A stretch of 64,000 bases of DNA from an uncultured Candidatus Binatia bacterium (GCA_965242525.1 OZ251459.1:1472001-1536000); one strand, 5' to 3'; counted from the stretch's first letter, positions 1-10,068 are shown. The notes: generated by a model from the letters alone, not told the origin. Numbers and translations: made by a program.

Positions 1-1022
1 TTGCCGAAGATCTCCTTGATGATGGCCTTGTTCTCGGGGGGCGCGTTGAGCACGTCCTTCCAGAGCTGCTGGAGTTGCGCGCCGGTGGACGGGATGATGA
101 CCCGCTTGAGCTTCCTGGCCTCGTCCAGGAACTTCGGATCGCTCATGGTGGCGGTGAACGCCTTGCGCAGGATCTCCACGCGCTCCTTGGGCACTCCCGG
201 AGGGAGCGAGTACGGGCGGCCGTAGTGGGTGAGCAGGAACGTGGCCTTGATCAGCTCCCGGTCCTTGTCGCTTTTGGCGTACTCCAGCAGCGTGGGCGTA
301 TCGGGGAACTCCTTGGTCCGCTTCCCCTCGGGGGTGGGGGCCTGGGCGAGCATGGCGACCTTGCCGTCGTCCCACATGTCACCCAGTTGGTCCCGGAACG
401 AGCCGGGCGTGTTGCCGGACGACTGGACCTCGCCCTGGCGGAACGCGAGGCTGTACTGCCGGGCGCCCGGATAACCGAAGACGTAGTCGAAGATCTTCTT
501 CCCCGTCATCTTTTCCATCACCTTGCCCATGGTGTGGCCCAGGGACTGGGGGCCGCTGTTGCCGCTGGTGATGAGCTTGTCCGCGGCCATCACCGAATCC
601 CAGTCGGGGAACTCCTTCTTGTGGGTGAAGAGGATGGCGCTCTCGATGGCCGCGACGCCCACCGCGTTCATCTTCGCGAAGTCGAACCGCGCGCGCTTGT
701 CGCCGATGACCTGCCAGAACCACACGCCCCAGTTGATCTGCTCGAACAGCGTGCCGTCCCGCGGCGCCTTGCGGTAGAGGTAGTCCGCGGCCATCAGGCC
801 GCCGGCCCCGGGCATGTTCTGCACGATGATCGTGGGGTTGCCCGGGATGTGCCGGGAGATATGGCGCGCAATGAGCCGCGAGTAGGTGTCGTTGCCGCCG
901 CCCGGGGTCGAAGACACCACCAAGCGCACCTTCTTGCCCTTGTAGAAGTCATCGGCGGCGTGGACCGAACCGGATGCCACGACCGCCAACGCCAAAGCCG
1001 CGATCCCTGCCAAACGTTTCAT
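1..1022 (-). CDS. Tripartite tricarboxylate transporter substrate-binding protein (TctC/Bug family), 3' end outside window
   Basis: Manual translation: ATG at 1022 after AGGAGG RBS; signal peptide then DFYKGKKVRLVV..PGGGNDTYSRLIARH..PGNPTIIVQNMPGAGG, typical of Bug/TctC. Absent from the ORF track because it has no stop in the window. Confidence 0.9.
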   Translation of the reverse strand, partial: MKRLAGIAALALAVVASGSVHAADDFYKGKKVRLVVSSTPGGGNDTYSRLIARHISRHIPGNPTIIVQNMPGAGGLMAADYLYRKAPRDGTLFEQINWGVWFWQVIGDKRARFDFAKMNAVGVAAIESAILFTHKKEFPDWDSVMAADKLITSGNSGPQSLGHTMGKVMEKMTGKKIFDYVFGYPGARQYSLAFRQGEVQSSGNTPGSFRDQLGDMWDDGKVAMLAQAPTPEGKRTKEFPDTPTLLEYAKSDKDRELIKATFLLTHYGRPYSLPPGVPKERVEILRKAFTATMSDPKFLDEARKLKRVIIPSTGAQLQQLWKDVLNAPPENKAIIKEIFG

Positions 1023-1104
1023 CTGCACCTCCTGAAGGGTTTTTCCGAGGGTCGTCCGGGAGGCTCGTCCGCGGCTTCTCCCGGGAGCCGTGTGAAAGCG
1101 CGGG

Positions 1105-1134
1105 ATTATAGGTTGGCGACTCCTTGCCTGTCAA
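1105..1134 (-). promoter_or_regulatory. Sigma70-type promoter for tctC
   Basis: Minus strand reads TTGACA-N18-TATAAT, perfect hexamers, ~80 bp upstream of the start codon. Confidence 0.7.
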
Positions 1135-1206
1135 GGCGCGCGAGGTTGACAGGCGCGGCCTTTTCCCATAAGCGCTTCGGTTGCAGATTCGTACCGGAAA
1201 CCCACC

Positions 1207-2169
1207 ATGGCAGAGATCGTCCTGGCCCTGGCCACTTCCCATACACCGCAACTGAGCATTGAGGACTGGCGCATGCTCCAGGCCAAGGACGAGAACGACC
1301 CGAGGATCGACTACCCGGCGCTGCTGGCCGCGGCCGGGCCGGAGGTCCGGCGCGAGGCCACCGAGGACAAGTTCCGCCGGCGGTTCCGGGCGTGCCAGCG
1401 CGCACTGGAGGCGCTGGGGGACCAACTGCGGCAGGCCCGGGCGGACGTGGTGGTGGCCCTCGGCGACGACCAGCACGAACAGTTCCTGGACGACAACCTT
1501 CCCACCTTCGCCATCTACCACGGCGCCGAGCTCGCGGTGCCCGAACGCAAGGGCGCCCTGCCCGAATGGAAGAGGGCCGAGCAACGGCGCTGGGCCGAGA
1601 CCGCGCCGGCCTATCCCAACCACAGGGAACTGGCCGAGTACCTCATCGCCTGGCTCTCGGACCACGAGTTCGACGTGGCCCGCTCCAACCGGCTGCGCCA
1701 GGAGGGCATCGGCCACGCGTTCAGCTTCTTCTACCGGCGCCTCCTGCCCGGCGGCGCCCTGCCCCTGGTGCCGGTGATGGTCAACACCTACTACCCGCCC
1801 AACCAGCCCACGCCCGGACGCTGCTACGCCCTGGGGCGCAGCATCCGCGAAGCCGTCAGGTCCTGGGAATCGGAGGCGCGCGTGGCCGTCCTGGCCTCCG
1901 GCGGCCTGAGCCACTTCGTGGTGGACGAGGAGATGGACCGCCGCACCCTGGACGCACTGGCATCCGGGGACGCGGACGCGCTCTGCGCGCTGCCCCGGGA
2001 GAAGCTCCGCAGCGGCACCTCCGAGATCCTCAACTGGGTCGCCCTGGGCGGGGCCGCAGAGTCCATGGAGATGACCCTGGTGGACTACGTGCCGGGCTAC
2101 CGCTCCCCCGCGGGCACCGGGTGCGGCATGGGGTTCGCATACTGGAGACCGGACTCCCGTGGCGGCTGA
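1207..2169 (+). CDS. Class III extradiol ring-cleavage dioxygenase, LigB-like
   Basis: SHTP N-terminal motif, GHAF, VPVMVNT, ASGGLSH and SGTSE motifs. Confidence 0.85.
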   Translation: MAEIVLALATSHTPQLSIEDWRMLQAKDENDPRIDYPALLAAAGPEVRREATEDKFRRRFRACQRALEALGDQLRQARADVVVALGDDQHEQFLDDNLPTFAIYHGAELAVPERKGALPEWKRAEQRRWAETAPAYPNHRELAEYLIAWLSDHEFDVARSNRLRQEGIGHAFSFFYRRLLPGGALPLVPVMVNTYYPPNQPTPGRCYALGRSIREAVRSWESEARVAVLASGGLSHFVVDEEMDRRTLDALASGDADALCALPREKLRSGTSEILNWVALGGAAESMEMTLVDYVPGYRSPAGTGCGMGFAYWRPDSRGG

Positions 2170-2827
2170 ACCCGACCTCGTGCAACGGCTTGCGCGGCTC
2201 GACACCTGCGCGGTCTCCGACGCCCTGGACCGGCTCCGCCTGCCCGGGGCCGCGGTCGGGGTGCACCCGGTGTGGCCCTGCCCGCGGATCTGCGGCCGCT
2301 CGGTCACCATGAAGCTCAAGCCCGCGGGGCTGGACAAGTCGAAGCTGCACCTGGGCGCCCGGGCCATCGAAGCGGCCCGCCCCGGGGACGTCATCGTCAT
2401 CGACAACGGCGGCCGACCGGTTTCCGGCTGGGGCGGGCTGCTCTCCCTTGCGGCCGGCCAGAAAGGGGTCTCGGGCGTGGTGGTGGACGGGGCCTGCCGC
2501 GACGTGGACGAGAGCCGCGAGCTCGGGTTCCCCGTGTACGCCCGGAGCGTGGCGCCCATGACCGCCCGGGGACGCATCCTGGAGCAGTCCTGCAACGAGG
2601 AAATACAGTTCTGCGGGGTCCAGGTGCATCCGGGAGACTTGGTGATCGCCGACGGCAGCGGCGTGGTCTTCATCCCGCGCCCCCGGGAGTCGGAGGTGGT
2701 GGCCCAAGCGGAACGCATCGCCCATCGGGAGAGCCTCATGGCCGCGGAGGTGCGCAAGGGGCGCTCCGTCGGCTCGGTCCTGGGCCGGGACTACGAGTCC
2801 ATGATCGACGAGGGGAACGAGCCGTAG
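2159..2827 (+). CDS. RraA family / 4-hydroxy-4-methyl-2-oxoglutarate aldolase-like protein
   Basis: VSDALD, WGGLLS, GVVVDGACRD and PGDLVIADGSGVVFIP motifs; overlaps the upstream dioxygenase. Confidence 0.85.
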   Translation: MAAEPDLVQRLARLDTCAVSDALDRLRLPGAAVGVHPVWPCPRICGRSVTMKLKPAGLDKSKLHLGARAIEAARPGDVIVIDNGGRPVSGWGGLLSLAAGQKGVSGVVVDGACRDVDESRELGFPVYARSVAPMTARGRILEQSCNEEIQFCGVQVHPGDLVIADGSGVVFIPRPRESEVVAQAERIAHRESLMAAEVRKGRSVGSVLGRDYESMIDEGNEP

Positions 2828-2914
2828 CTTTCGGACGCTGCGCACGCGGCCGCCCCCCGGCGCCGCGGCCCTGATCCCTCGACCCACCGCGCCCCCTTCC
2901 CGCAGGCCCGCCAC

Positions 2915-4090
2915 ATGCCCAGCCCCGCCGCTCCCGAGCACCCTCCCTTCTGGCAACAGGCTCCGGCGATCCTGCTGCTGACCGTCGTCTTCCTCATGAA
3001 CTTCACCGGACGGGTGGTGCTCGGGCCGTTGCTGCCGTCGGTCGAAAAGGACCTGGCGTTGACCCATGCGCAGGCGGGCATGTCCTTCCTGTTCCTCTCC
3101 GCGGGATACCTCATCGCCATGACCCTCTCGGGCTACTTCTCGGCCCGCCTGAAGCACCGCGGCGCCATCGTGCTGTCGCTGACGCTGCTGGGCGTATCGA
3201 CCCTGGGAGTGGCGTGGGCGCCGACCCTGGCGGCCATGCGCGTGGGGCTGTTCAGCATGGGGTTCGGGTCGGGACTCTACCTGCCGTCGGCCATCGCCAC
3301 CATCACCTCCCTGGTGGCTACCCGGGACTGGGGAAAGGCCATCGCCATCCACGAGCTGGCGCCCAACCTGAGCTTCTTCGGCGTGCCGCTGCTGGCGGAG
3401 TGGTTGCTCCGGGTCTCGTCCTGGCGCGCCTGCCTGCTCTACCTGGGCGTGGCCACCGTGGTGACCGGCGGCGTCTATGCGGTGTTCGGCCGAGGCGGCC
3501 GCTCCGCGGGCCGGCCCCCGGAACTCGCGGTGGTGGGCCAACTCGTGCGCAACCCGCTCCTGTGGGTGGTGCTGCTGCTCTTCGTCACCGGGGTCGGCGC
3601 CACCCTGGGGGTGTTCGCCATGCTGCCCCTCTACCTCGTGTCCACCCGCGGGCTGGAAGAGGGCTGGGCCAACACCCTCACCGGGCTTTCCCGTCTGGCG
3701 TGTCCGCTGGTGGCGCTGGCCGCGGGCTGGGTCTCGGACCGGTTCGGCGTCCGCCGCACCCTGGTGGTGACCCTGATCCTCACCGGCCTCACCACCATGC
3801 TCCTGGGGACTGTGGCCGACTCCTGGCTGACGCTGGTGGTCTTCCTGCAACCCTCGGTCTCCGCGGGCTTCTTTCCCGCGGGCTTCACCGCCCTCTCCAC
3901 CATCGGCGACGCCGGCAGCCGAAGCACCGCGGTGTCGCTGGTGGTGCCCCTGGCCTTCGTGTTGGGCGGCGGGCTCATCCCCTGGTTCCTGGGCCTCAGC
4001 GGCGACCTGGGGGCGTTCCACATGGGCTTCGTGTGGGTGGGGCTGTTCTTCCTGTGGACCGCCTGGCTGGCGCGAGCCACCCGGAACTGA
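2915..4090 (+). CDS. MFS transporter
   Basis: 391 aa, ~12 hydrophobic segments, GWVSDRFGVRR motif A. Confidence 0.9.
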   Translation: MPSPAAPEHPPFWQQAPAILLLTVVFLMNFTGRVVLGPLLPSVEKDLALTHAQAGMSFLFLSAGYLIAMTLSGYFSARLKHRGAIVLSLTLLGVSTLGVAWAPTLAAMRVGLFSMGFGSGLYLPSAIATITSLVATRDWGKAIAIHELAPNLSFFGVPLLAEWLLRVSSWRACLLYLGVATVVTGGVYAVFGRGGRSAGRPPELAVVGQLVRNPLLWVVLLLFVTGVGATLGVFAMLPLYLVSTRGLEEGWANTLTGLSRLACPLVALAAGWVSDRFGVRRTLVVTLILTGLTTMLLGTVADSWLTLVVFLQPSVSAGFFPAGFTALSTIGDAGSRSTAVSLVVPLAFVLGGGLIPWFLGLSGDLGAFHMGFVWVGLFFLWTAWLARATRN

Positions 4091-4153
4091 CCGGACGCCG
4101 GGGCGCTTGCGGGGAACCCTCCATGCGTTGTAGGGAAGATCGGGGGAGCATGG

Positions 4154-4197
4154 GCGCGTCCTTCGACTTCGCTTCGCTACGCTCAGGACGAACGGGG
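4154..4197 (+). repeat. REP-like core of dispersed MITE family A (copy 1)
   Basis: GCGCGTCCTTCGACTTCGCTTCGCTACGCTCAGGACGAACGGGG, near-identical to 12 other copies in the window. Confidence 0.9.
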
Positions 4198-4320
4198 ATG
4201 GGAGTGTCGAGGTGGGGGAATCCATCCCGGATGTTCCGGATGTCCCGACTGTCCGGATGTTCCTCAGGTCGGTTCCCCAGGTCGAAAGGCCGCACGCAAA
4301 CGCCGCACGGGAGGATGGCG

Positions 4321-5025
4321 ATGCAGCGAATCATCGGGTACGGACGGGACGACGACTCAGGACAACCCCCCTACCTCCACGCGGACTACCGTTCCACCGA
4401 GTCGAGGGCGCCCCGGCGCCCGCTGGTTCCCCTGGCTCACACCCTGTCGGAGGTCACCGGACCCGTGTACGGCCACGAGAAGGTGGGGGCCATGGACCAC
4501 GACCTGACCCGCCAACACGACGGGGAACCCTTGGGGGAGCGGATCATCGTGTTCGGCCGGGTGATGGACGCCGACGGCAGGCCGGCGCCGGACGCGCTCG
4601 TGGAGCTCTGGCAGGCCAACGCCGCGGGACGCTACCGCCACGACGCCGACAGCCACCCTGCGCCGCTGGACCCCAACTTCAGCGGCGGCGGCCGCTGCGC
4701 CACCGACGCCGCTGGGCGCTACCGCTTCGTCACCATCAAGCCCGCGGCCTATCCCTGGGGCAACGGCCCGAACGCGTGGCGTCCGGCCCACATCCATTTC
4801 TCGCTCTTCGGCGCCGCCTTCGCCACGCGGCTCATCACCCAGATGTATTTCCCCGGCGACCCCCTGATGGCGTGCGACCCGATCCTCAACTCCATCCCCG
4901 ACCCCCGGGCGCGGGAGAGGCTGGTGGCGCGCCTGGACCTGGACGCCGCCGAACCGGAGTGGGCCCTGGCCTACGAGTTCGACATCGTGCTGCGGGGCCG
5001 TGACGCAACCCCCATGGAGTCCTGA
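4321..5025 (+). CDS. pcaH: Protocatechuate 3,4-dioxygenase beta subunit
   Basis: GERIIVFGRV, ELWQANAAGRY, PLDPNF, YPW..WRPAHIHFS and LITQMYFPGDPL motifs; start 4315 or 4321 after GGAGG. Confidence 0.95.
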   Translation: MQRIIGYGRDDDSGQPPYLHADYRSTESRAPRRPLVPLAHTLSEVTGPVYGHEKVGAMDHDLTRQHDGEPLGERIIVFGRVMDADGRPAPDALVELWQANAAGRYRHDADSHPAPLDPNFSGGGRCATDAAGRYRFVTIKPAAYPWGNGPNAWRPAHIHFSLFGAAFATRLITQMYFPGDPLMACDPILNSIPDPRARERLVARLDLDAAEPEWALAYEFDIVLRGRDATPMES

Positions 5026-5029
5026 GGCC

Positions 5030-5614
5030 ATGGCCCGGAAACTCGCCACCACACCGTCCCAGACCATTGGCCCGTTCCACCGGATCATGGTCCCCTGGGA
5101 AGGGGGCGCCGACCTGGCGGCCCCGGACGACCCCCACGCCATCCGGGTGCAGGGACGGGTCCTCGACGGCGCCGGGCAGCCGGTGGACGACTGCTTCATC
5201 GAGGTCTGGCAGGCCAACGTCCACGGCCGCTACGCCCATCCCGAGGACGGCCGTGAAGTCCCGCTGGTCCGGGGTTTCGACGGCTTCGGACGCACCCTCA
5301 CCGACCGGGACGGCCGCTTCCGTATGGTCACGGTCAAGCCCGGCCGCGTCCCCGGACCCGGAGAGACCCTGCAGGCCCCCCATATCTCCCTCTCCCTCTT
5401 CGCCCGGGGCCTGCTCAAGCGGCTGGTGACCCGCCTCTACTTCCCGGACGAGGCCGCGGCCAACGCCGAGGACCCGGTCCTCCGGTCCATCCCCGACCCC
5501 GCCCGCCGCAACACCCTGCTGGCGGCAAGACGGCCAACCCCCAAAACCCCGCCCGTGTACGAGTTCGACATCCACCTGCAAGGCCCCCGGGAAACGGTGT
5601 TCTTCGACGTGTAG
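5030..5614 (+). CDS. pcaG: Protocatechuate 3,4-dioxygenase alpha subunit
   Basis: TTPSQTIGPF, EVWQAN, QAPHI, RGLLKRLVTRLYF and ETVFFD motifs; directly follows pcaH. Confidence 0.95.
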   Translation: MARKLATTPSQTIGPFHRIMVPWEGGADLAAPDDPHAIRVQGRVLDGAGQPVDDCFIEVWQANVHGRYAHPEDGREVPLVRGFDGFGRTLTDRDGRFRMVTVKPGRVPGPGETLQAPHISLSLFARGLLKRLVTRLYFPDEAAANAEDPVLRSIPDPARRNTLLAARRPTPKTPPVYEFDIHLQGPRETVFFDV

Positions 5615-5715
5615 GCTTCCGGCGAGGCCCGTAGCGGCCTGCCTGCCGAAGGCCAAGCGCCATGCCGCTACGCAGGATTCCGTCACCGGCGGTACCCGTG
5701 GCGGTGGGAATATAG

Positions 5716-5832
5716 GGAACATCTGAACAATCGAGACATCCAGAATGGATTCCCGATTCCCTCACCCTGACGCCCTTACTCCCGTTCGTCCTGAGCGTAG
5801 CGAAGCGAAGTCGAAGGACGCGCTCATGCCCC
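5716..5832 (-). mobile_element. MITE family A copy (long form)
   Basis: GGAACATCTGAACAAT terminus, GGATTCCCGATTCC segment and REP core at 5781-5823. Confidence 0.75.
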
Positions 5833-5923
5833 CTGATATGAAAGTTAGCGAAGTTAGGGTTTTTTTGTAAACCGGGATAACTTTGCTATAAACCGACGCC
5901 GCGGACCCCATCCGCAATCCACA

Positions 5924-6033
5924 GGAAGGTCTGATCCATTCCGGCTTGGACTCCCTGTCCCTGTGGGAAAGCGCGTCCTTCGACTTCGCTTCGCTACGCT
6001 CAGGACGAACGGGGGTAATCGTTCAGGATTTCC
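5924..6033 (+). mobile_element. MITE family A copy (110-bp form)
   Basis: Imperfect termini GGAAGGTCTGATCCAT...AATCGTTCAGGATTTCC with REP core at 5971-6014; colinear with 50664-50773 and 62289-62398. Confidence 0.8.
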
Positions 6034-6097
6034 CGTGAGCTCCCGGAGGCGGCACGCCGCCACCGGAACCGGGCGAGGGGGCTTCGTCCGTGGAACC

Positions 6098-9000
6098 CTA
6101 CGACGAAGTCTTCAGGTCTTTCGAGACCTCGTCGGCAAGGAGTTGGTCCAGGGCGGCGCGGACCTGTTCCGGGGCGTCCTCATGGAGGGTGACGCGGACG
6201 TGGAAACGCAACTCGCTCCCTGCGCCGGCCTCCAGGAGTCGGGGGACCAGGTCCGCGAGCTCCTGTATCTGGTGGCCTTCGAGCACCGCGGCCGGCTCGG
6301 GCCGGGGCGGAGGCTTGGGCTGGGTGGGCCGCGTCAACCGCAGGTTCCCGGCGCCGTCGTAGCCGCAGTCCATGGGGCCGCTGTCCTCGGCCACCATGAA
6401 CCAGCGGCTCTCCACGCCGGCCCGGACGCTGTCGCGCACGAGACCCCAGGGAAGCGCCGCGCCCCGGGCCTGGGAAGCCGCCTGGGCGAGGGTGGCCCCG
6501 TTGGCCCTCCCGTCGCGCCATGCGCCGGGCAGGGCGTGTTCCCCGAGTTCCTGGGGCGGGATCATCCCGGGCGGCGGATGGAGCACCGCGCCCCGGTCGA
6601 GCACGCCGTAGGGCAATGTCTCCTTCCATACCGAGGCGGGTCCGTTGGTGAGCCACACCGTTCCCCGTTCCACGCCTCGCTGCACCGCCTCCCGGAGGAC
6701 CGTCTCCGGGCAACGCGGGACGGGGAAGGCGTCGTCGTATCCTTCCCGCGGGACCCGCGCCTCATGGCCGCCGCGGAAGTACTCCATCAGCGCCGGCCAC
6801 GTGAGCGCCGCCTCCGGACCCGCGTGCTTCGCCCCGTGCGCGTCGCCGCTTGCACCGGTCCAGAGCTCCGGCAGCGATCCCGGGGCCAACAGCCCTTCGG
6901 ACAGACGGTTCAACTCGGCCTTTTCCGGCAGCACCACCTCGAGCAACGGGTCCGCGCACGACTCCGGGTCCACCGCTTCGCGCCACCAGGTGCGGGCGCT
7001 GCCGTCGGGCCGGACGAGGCGCGCCGCCAGCAGGCCGCGTTCCACCCCGCGCAGCACCGTGTCCGCCACCACCTTGGGGTTCAGGACCTTGGGAAGACGG
7101 GGATACCGGGCGAAAGCCCCGGCCAGGTCCTTCACGAAGTGGGCCTCTTCGCCCTTGCGCCATAGGTCGTAGGGACCCTCCGGCAGCAACGCCTCTGCGT
7201 TCACCGCATCGCCCTTGATGCGCGCGCGTTCGTCGCTCCTGACCTCGGTGAACAGCGGTCTCGCGCCCGCGGGGAGCTGGAAGGCGTGGACTTGGTTGCG
7301 CTCGTCCACGGAGACCACCACGGAATATGCCTGCCGGACGGTGTCGGGCACTCGCCCGCGGGCCTCCTGGAGCCGGCGCCGCAGGCGCTCCGACCGGATC
7401 GGGTCCACATGGTGGCTGGAGAGCTGGCCCTGGACGTCCTCCCAGCCGAGCAGCGCGCGCACCGCGAAGCGCGCCGCTTCCAGCCCGTTGTGCGACGGGA
7501 CCGCCAGCACCACCGCGTTCCGGTGCACCCGCGGCCGGTCCGGTCCACCGGCCTCGTCCAGGAAGCGGCGCGCCCGCACGCTCGGCTTGCCGGAGTCGGA
7601 GACCGCGTCGGCCCCCAGCAGCACGTACCGGAAGCTGCCGTCGTCGCCCACGTCCCCGGGCGACTGCGGCAGCGTGTGCACGTTGGCCCCGGCCGCGCCG
7701 GCGCCCTCCGTCAGCGCTCTGGTCTTGCGTATGGCGTCCTCCAGCCGCGCGTCCACCGCCTCGGCGCTCACCCGCTGCTTGCAAGCCTCGTCGTGCATCT
7801 GGCGCAGGTTCGGCCGGTTGCCCAGCCGCCAGGACTTGGGCAGTTCCGGCGCCGCGGCCCGCCCTTCCGCCTCGCCCGCGTCGTCGTCGTCCAGGAACCA
7901 GGAGAGTTCCCGCCAGCGGCCCAACCCTTTCTCCATCTCAATGGCGTCCGGCGCGCGGGTCCCCGCCATCCGCATCAACTCCGGGGTATATGCCTTGTGC
8001 CCCACCGGCTGGGAATGGAGGAACACCGCAACCACGGACTGCTCGGCCTCCCGCCCTTCCCGAAGCGACGGAATCTCCTGCTGGATCTGCCGCGCCTTGG
8101 CCAACTCCGCCTCCAAGAGCGGGGTCCAGTCCGTCCGATTGCCCTCCGCGCCTTCGGTGGTGGCCACTCCCGCCAGCTCGCGCACCGCCTCCGACACCCT
8201 CGGCTCGCCGGGCGCGGCCAGCAGCGCCGAAGGGCCGATGAGGGGACAGTTGTCCCAGGGCTCGGCCTCCCGGAGCGCGGTGGCGAGGGTGCGCAGGAGG
8301 CCGCGGGTGCGCTGGAACCCTTCGAGCTGGGTCCAGCGGCTGTAGAAGACGTCGGTCAAGTCCGGGTGGAAGGGGAAGCTCTTGACGTAACGCTCTTCCG
8401 CGGCCGATTTCTCCCGGGCGGTGGCGTCGTCGAGCCTGGCAACCCCCCGCACCACGCCGATGACGTGGGAGCGGAAACGGTCCGGGTCCCGCACGTCCTC
8501 CGGCTCGAAGAAACGCCGGCGCAGCACCTCCGCCACGTCTTCCTTCTGCACCGGCTGCACCCCTTCCTCGCGCTGCCGCCGGAACACGTCGAACAGCCCG
8601 GCGATCAACTCCCGGCCCACGTCTCCCCGCTGCTTGGCCGGGTCGGTGGCCAACAGGGACGCCACCATCGCAGCCCGCTCCACCTTGGCCACCGCCTGGG
8701 TCAGGTACTGGAAGAAGTCCTCGATGCGGTCGCGCCACACCGGGTCCATGCCCGCCTTCTCCCGGGCGTACATCAACACTTCGTCCACCAGCACCAGGGT
8801 CGCCAACCCCTGCTCCTGCGGCTTCTCCAGGAGTTTCACCAGCAGCGGCTCCGCGGGCGGGGTCTCGCGCTCCTGGTCCCGGCCTTCGGCGTGGATGGCG
8901 CAGAGCCCCTCCGCCCCCGCGAGCTGGAAGGCGAGGACGCTCCAGGGGTGGCGCAAGGTGCGGGTCTCGCCGTCCGGCGCCCGCACCTCGTCCATGCCCC

Positions 9001-9430
9001 GCTCCACGTCGATCTTGTCGAAGCAGAGCGTCGCGGTGAACGCCCGCGGCAGCGGCGCGCCCACGTGCTCCCGGAACTCCTGCACCGCGGGCAGGTCGGG
9101 CAGCGCCTCCGGGTCCCGGAACAGGTGGTAGAGGGTGATGAGCGTATGGGTCTTGCCGCCGCCGTAGGTCAGCTCGAGCTGCCGCACCGCCTTGTCGCTC
9201 CGGCCCGCCAGCCGCCCGGCCACGTCCTTCACCAGTTCCCGCAGCGTGTGGGTCGGGTACGTCAGCGCAAAGAACTTCCCCGGCTCCTCGTACACCGCGC
9301 GCCGGCCCCGCCCCAGCGCCACTTCGTGGAGGTCCGCGGCGAACTCCGCAAGCGCAAGCTCGCCGGAACGCAACTCGTCCTTGAGGCGGACCACCGAGCG
9401 CCAGGGTTTGAGTTGGTTGTTGCGGGTCAT
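6098..9430 (-). CDS. DUF499 family AAA+ ATPase (restriction-like defence system)
   Basis: Start MTRNNQLKPWRSVV..EFAADL; Walker A LTYGGGKTH, Walker B VLVDE, FPFHP and FQRTRG motifs; ATGA overlap with the upstream gene. Confidence 0.88.
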   Translation of the reverse strand: MTRNNQLKPWRSVVRLKDELRSGELALAEFAADLHEVALGRGRRAVYEEPGKFFALTYPTHTLRELVKDVAGRLAGRSDKAVRQLELTYGGGKTHTLITLYHLFRDPEALPDLPAVQEFREHVGAPLPRAFTATLCFDKIDVERGMDEVRAPDGETRTLRHPWSVLAFQLAGAEGLCAIHAEGRDQERETPPAEPLLVKLLEKPQEQGLATLVLVDEVLMYAREKAGMDPVWRDRIEDFFQYLTQAVAKVERAAMVASLLATDPAKQRGDVGRELIAGLFDVFRRQREEGVQPVQKEDVAEVLRRRFFEPEDVRDPDRFRSHVIGVVRGVARLDDATAREKSAAEERYVKSFPFHPDLTDVFYSRWTQLEGFQRTRGLLRTLATALREAEPWDNCPLIGPSALLAAPGEPRVSEAVRELAGVATTEGAEGNRTDWTPLLEAELAKARQIQQEIPSLREGREAEQSVVAVFLHSQPVGHKAYTPELMRMAGTRAPDAIEMEKGLGRWRELSWFLDDDDAGEAEGRAAAPELPKSWRLGNRPNLRQMHDEACKQRVSAEAVDARLEDAIRKTRALTEGAGAAGANVHTLPQSPGDVGDDGSFRYVLLGADAVSDSGKPSVRARRFLDEAGGPDRPRVHRNAVVLAVPSHNGLEAARFAVRALLGWEDVQGQLSSHHVDPIRSERLRRRLQEARGRVPDTVRQAYSVVVSVDERNQVHAFQLPAGARPLFTEVRSDERARIKGDAVNAEALLPEGPYDLWRKGEEAHFVKDLAGAFARYPRLPKVLNPKVVADTVLRGVERGLLAARLVRPDGSARTWWREAVDPESCADPLLEVVLPEKAELNRLSEGLLAPGSLPELWTGASGDAHGAKHAGPEAALTWPALMEYFRGGHEARVPREGYDDAFPVPRCPETVLREAVQRGVERGTVWLTNGPASVWKETLPYGVLDRGAVLHPPPGMIPPQELGEHALPGAWRDGRANGATLAQAASQARGAALPWGLVRDSVRAGVESRWFMVAEDSGPMDCGYDGAGNLRLTRPTQPKPPPRPEPAAVLEGHQIQELADLVPRLLEAGAGSELRFHVRVTLHEDAPEQVRAALDQLLADEVSKDLKTSS

Positions 9431-10068
9431 ACAGCCGCCTCCCTCGGAAACCAGGCCTGGAGGGTCTTCCTGAGATCGTTGAAAGCGGGGTCCCGGCAGC
9501 CGTCGAGTCGGACGGAGGCGGCCAATTCCCGGAACAGGGCCGATGAAAGCACCTTTCCCTTGCGGCGGAGCGCCTGCTCCACGGCCCGTTTCGGGTCGGA
9601 AGGCTTGGGTTGCGGCGCGGGCCAGAAGCCTTCCGCCTGAAGCCATTCCCGTAACGGCTCGAAACTGCGGCCCCATCCCAGCACATGGGCGACTCGCCCG
9701 GACCGGCTCCAGACCCAGGACTCCAGTTCCGGATCGATGACGATGGCTCTGGAACGCTCCCTCCAACCGTTGCGTCCCAATTCGTCTTCGACTTCCTTCC
9801 GGACCTCCGCGGGCGCCTTTTCTTCGTTGCCGCACCCCCGGTGATCGAAGACCACCAGCGCGTGTTGATAGCTGTTGATCAACGGACGCAGGAATTCCGC
9901 GGACCGGGTTCGACACCCCGGGTCCGATTCCGGGTGTCGGCGGACGTCGAACGACATGGCGTGGATTCCCAGGTCCGAGGGGCGGCTGAGCAACGTCTCC
10001 AACACGGACGCGATGTGTTTGTCCGCCGCCAGAACGATGAGGTGACGCGGCGCTGTACCGGACATCAT
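9427..10068 (-). CDS. ATPase-associated protein, MAD4-like / DUF4276-like (putative TOPRIM-type)
   Basis: LIVLAADK..LLSRP..LGI..HPESDPGC..VFDHRGCG..IDPELESWVW..DPK pattern, recalled from MADS Mad4-like proteins; translationally coupled on both sides. Confidence 0.65.
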   Translation of the reverse strand: MMSGTAPRHLIVLAADKHIASVLETLLSRPSDLGIHAMSFDVRRHPESDPGCRTRSAEFLRPLINSYQHALVVFDHRGCGNEEKAPAEVRKEVEDELGRNGWRERSRAIVIDPELESWVWSRSGRVAHVLGWGRSFEPLREWLQAEGFWPAPQPKPSDPKRAVEQALRRKGKVLSSALFRELAASVRLDGCRDPAFNDLRKTLQAWFPREAAV

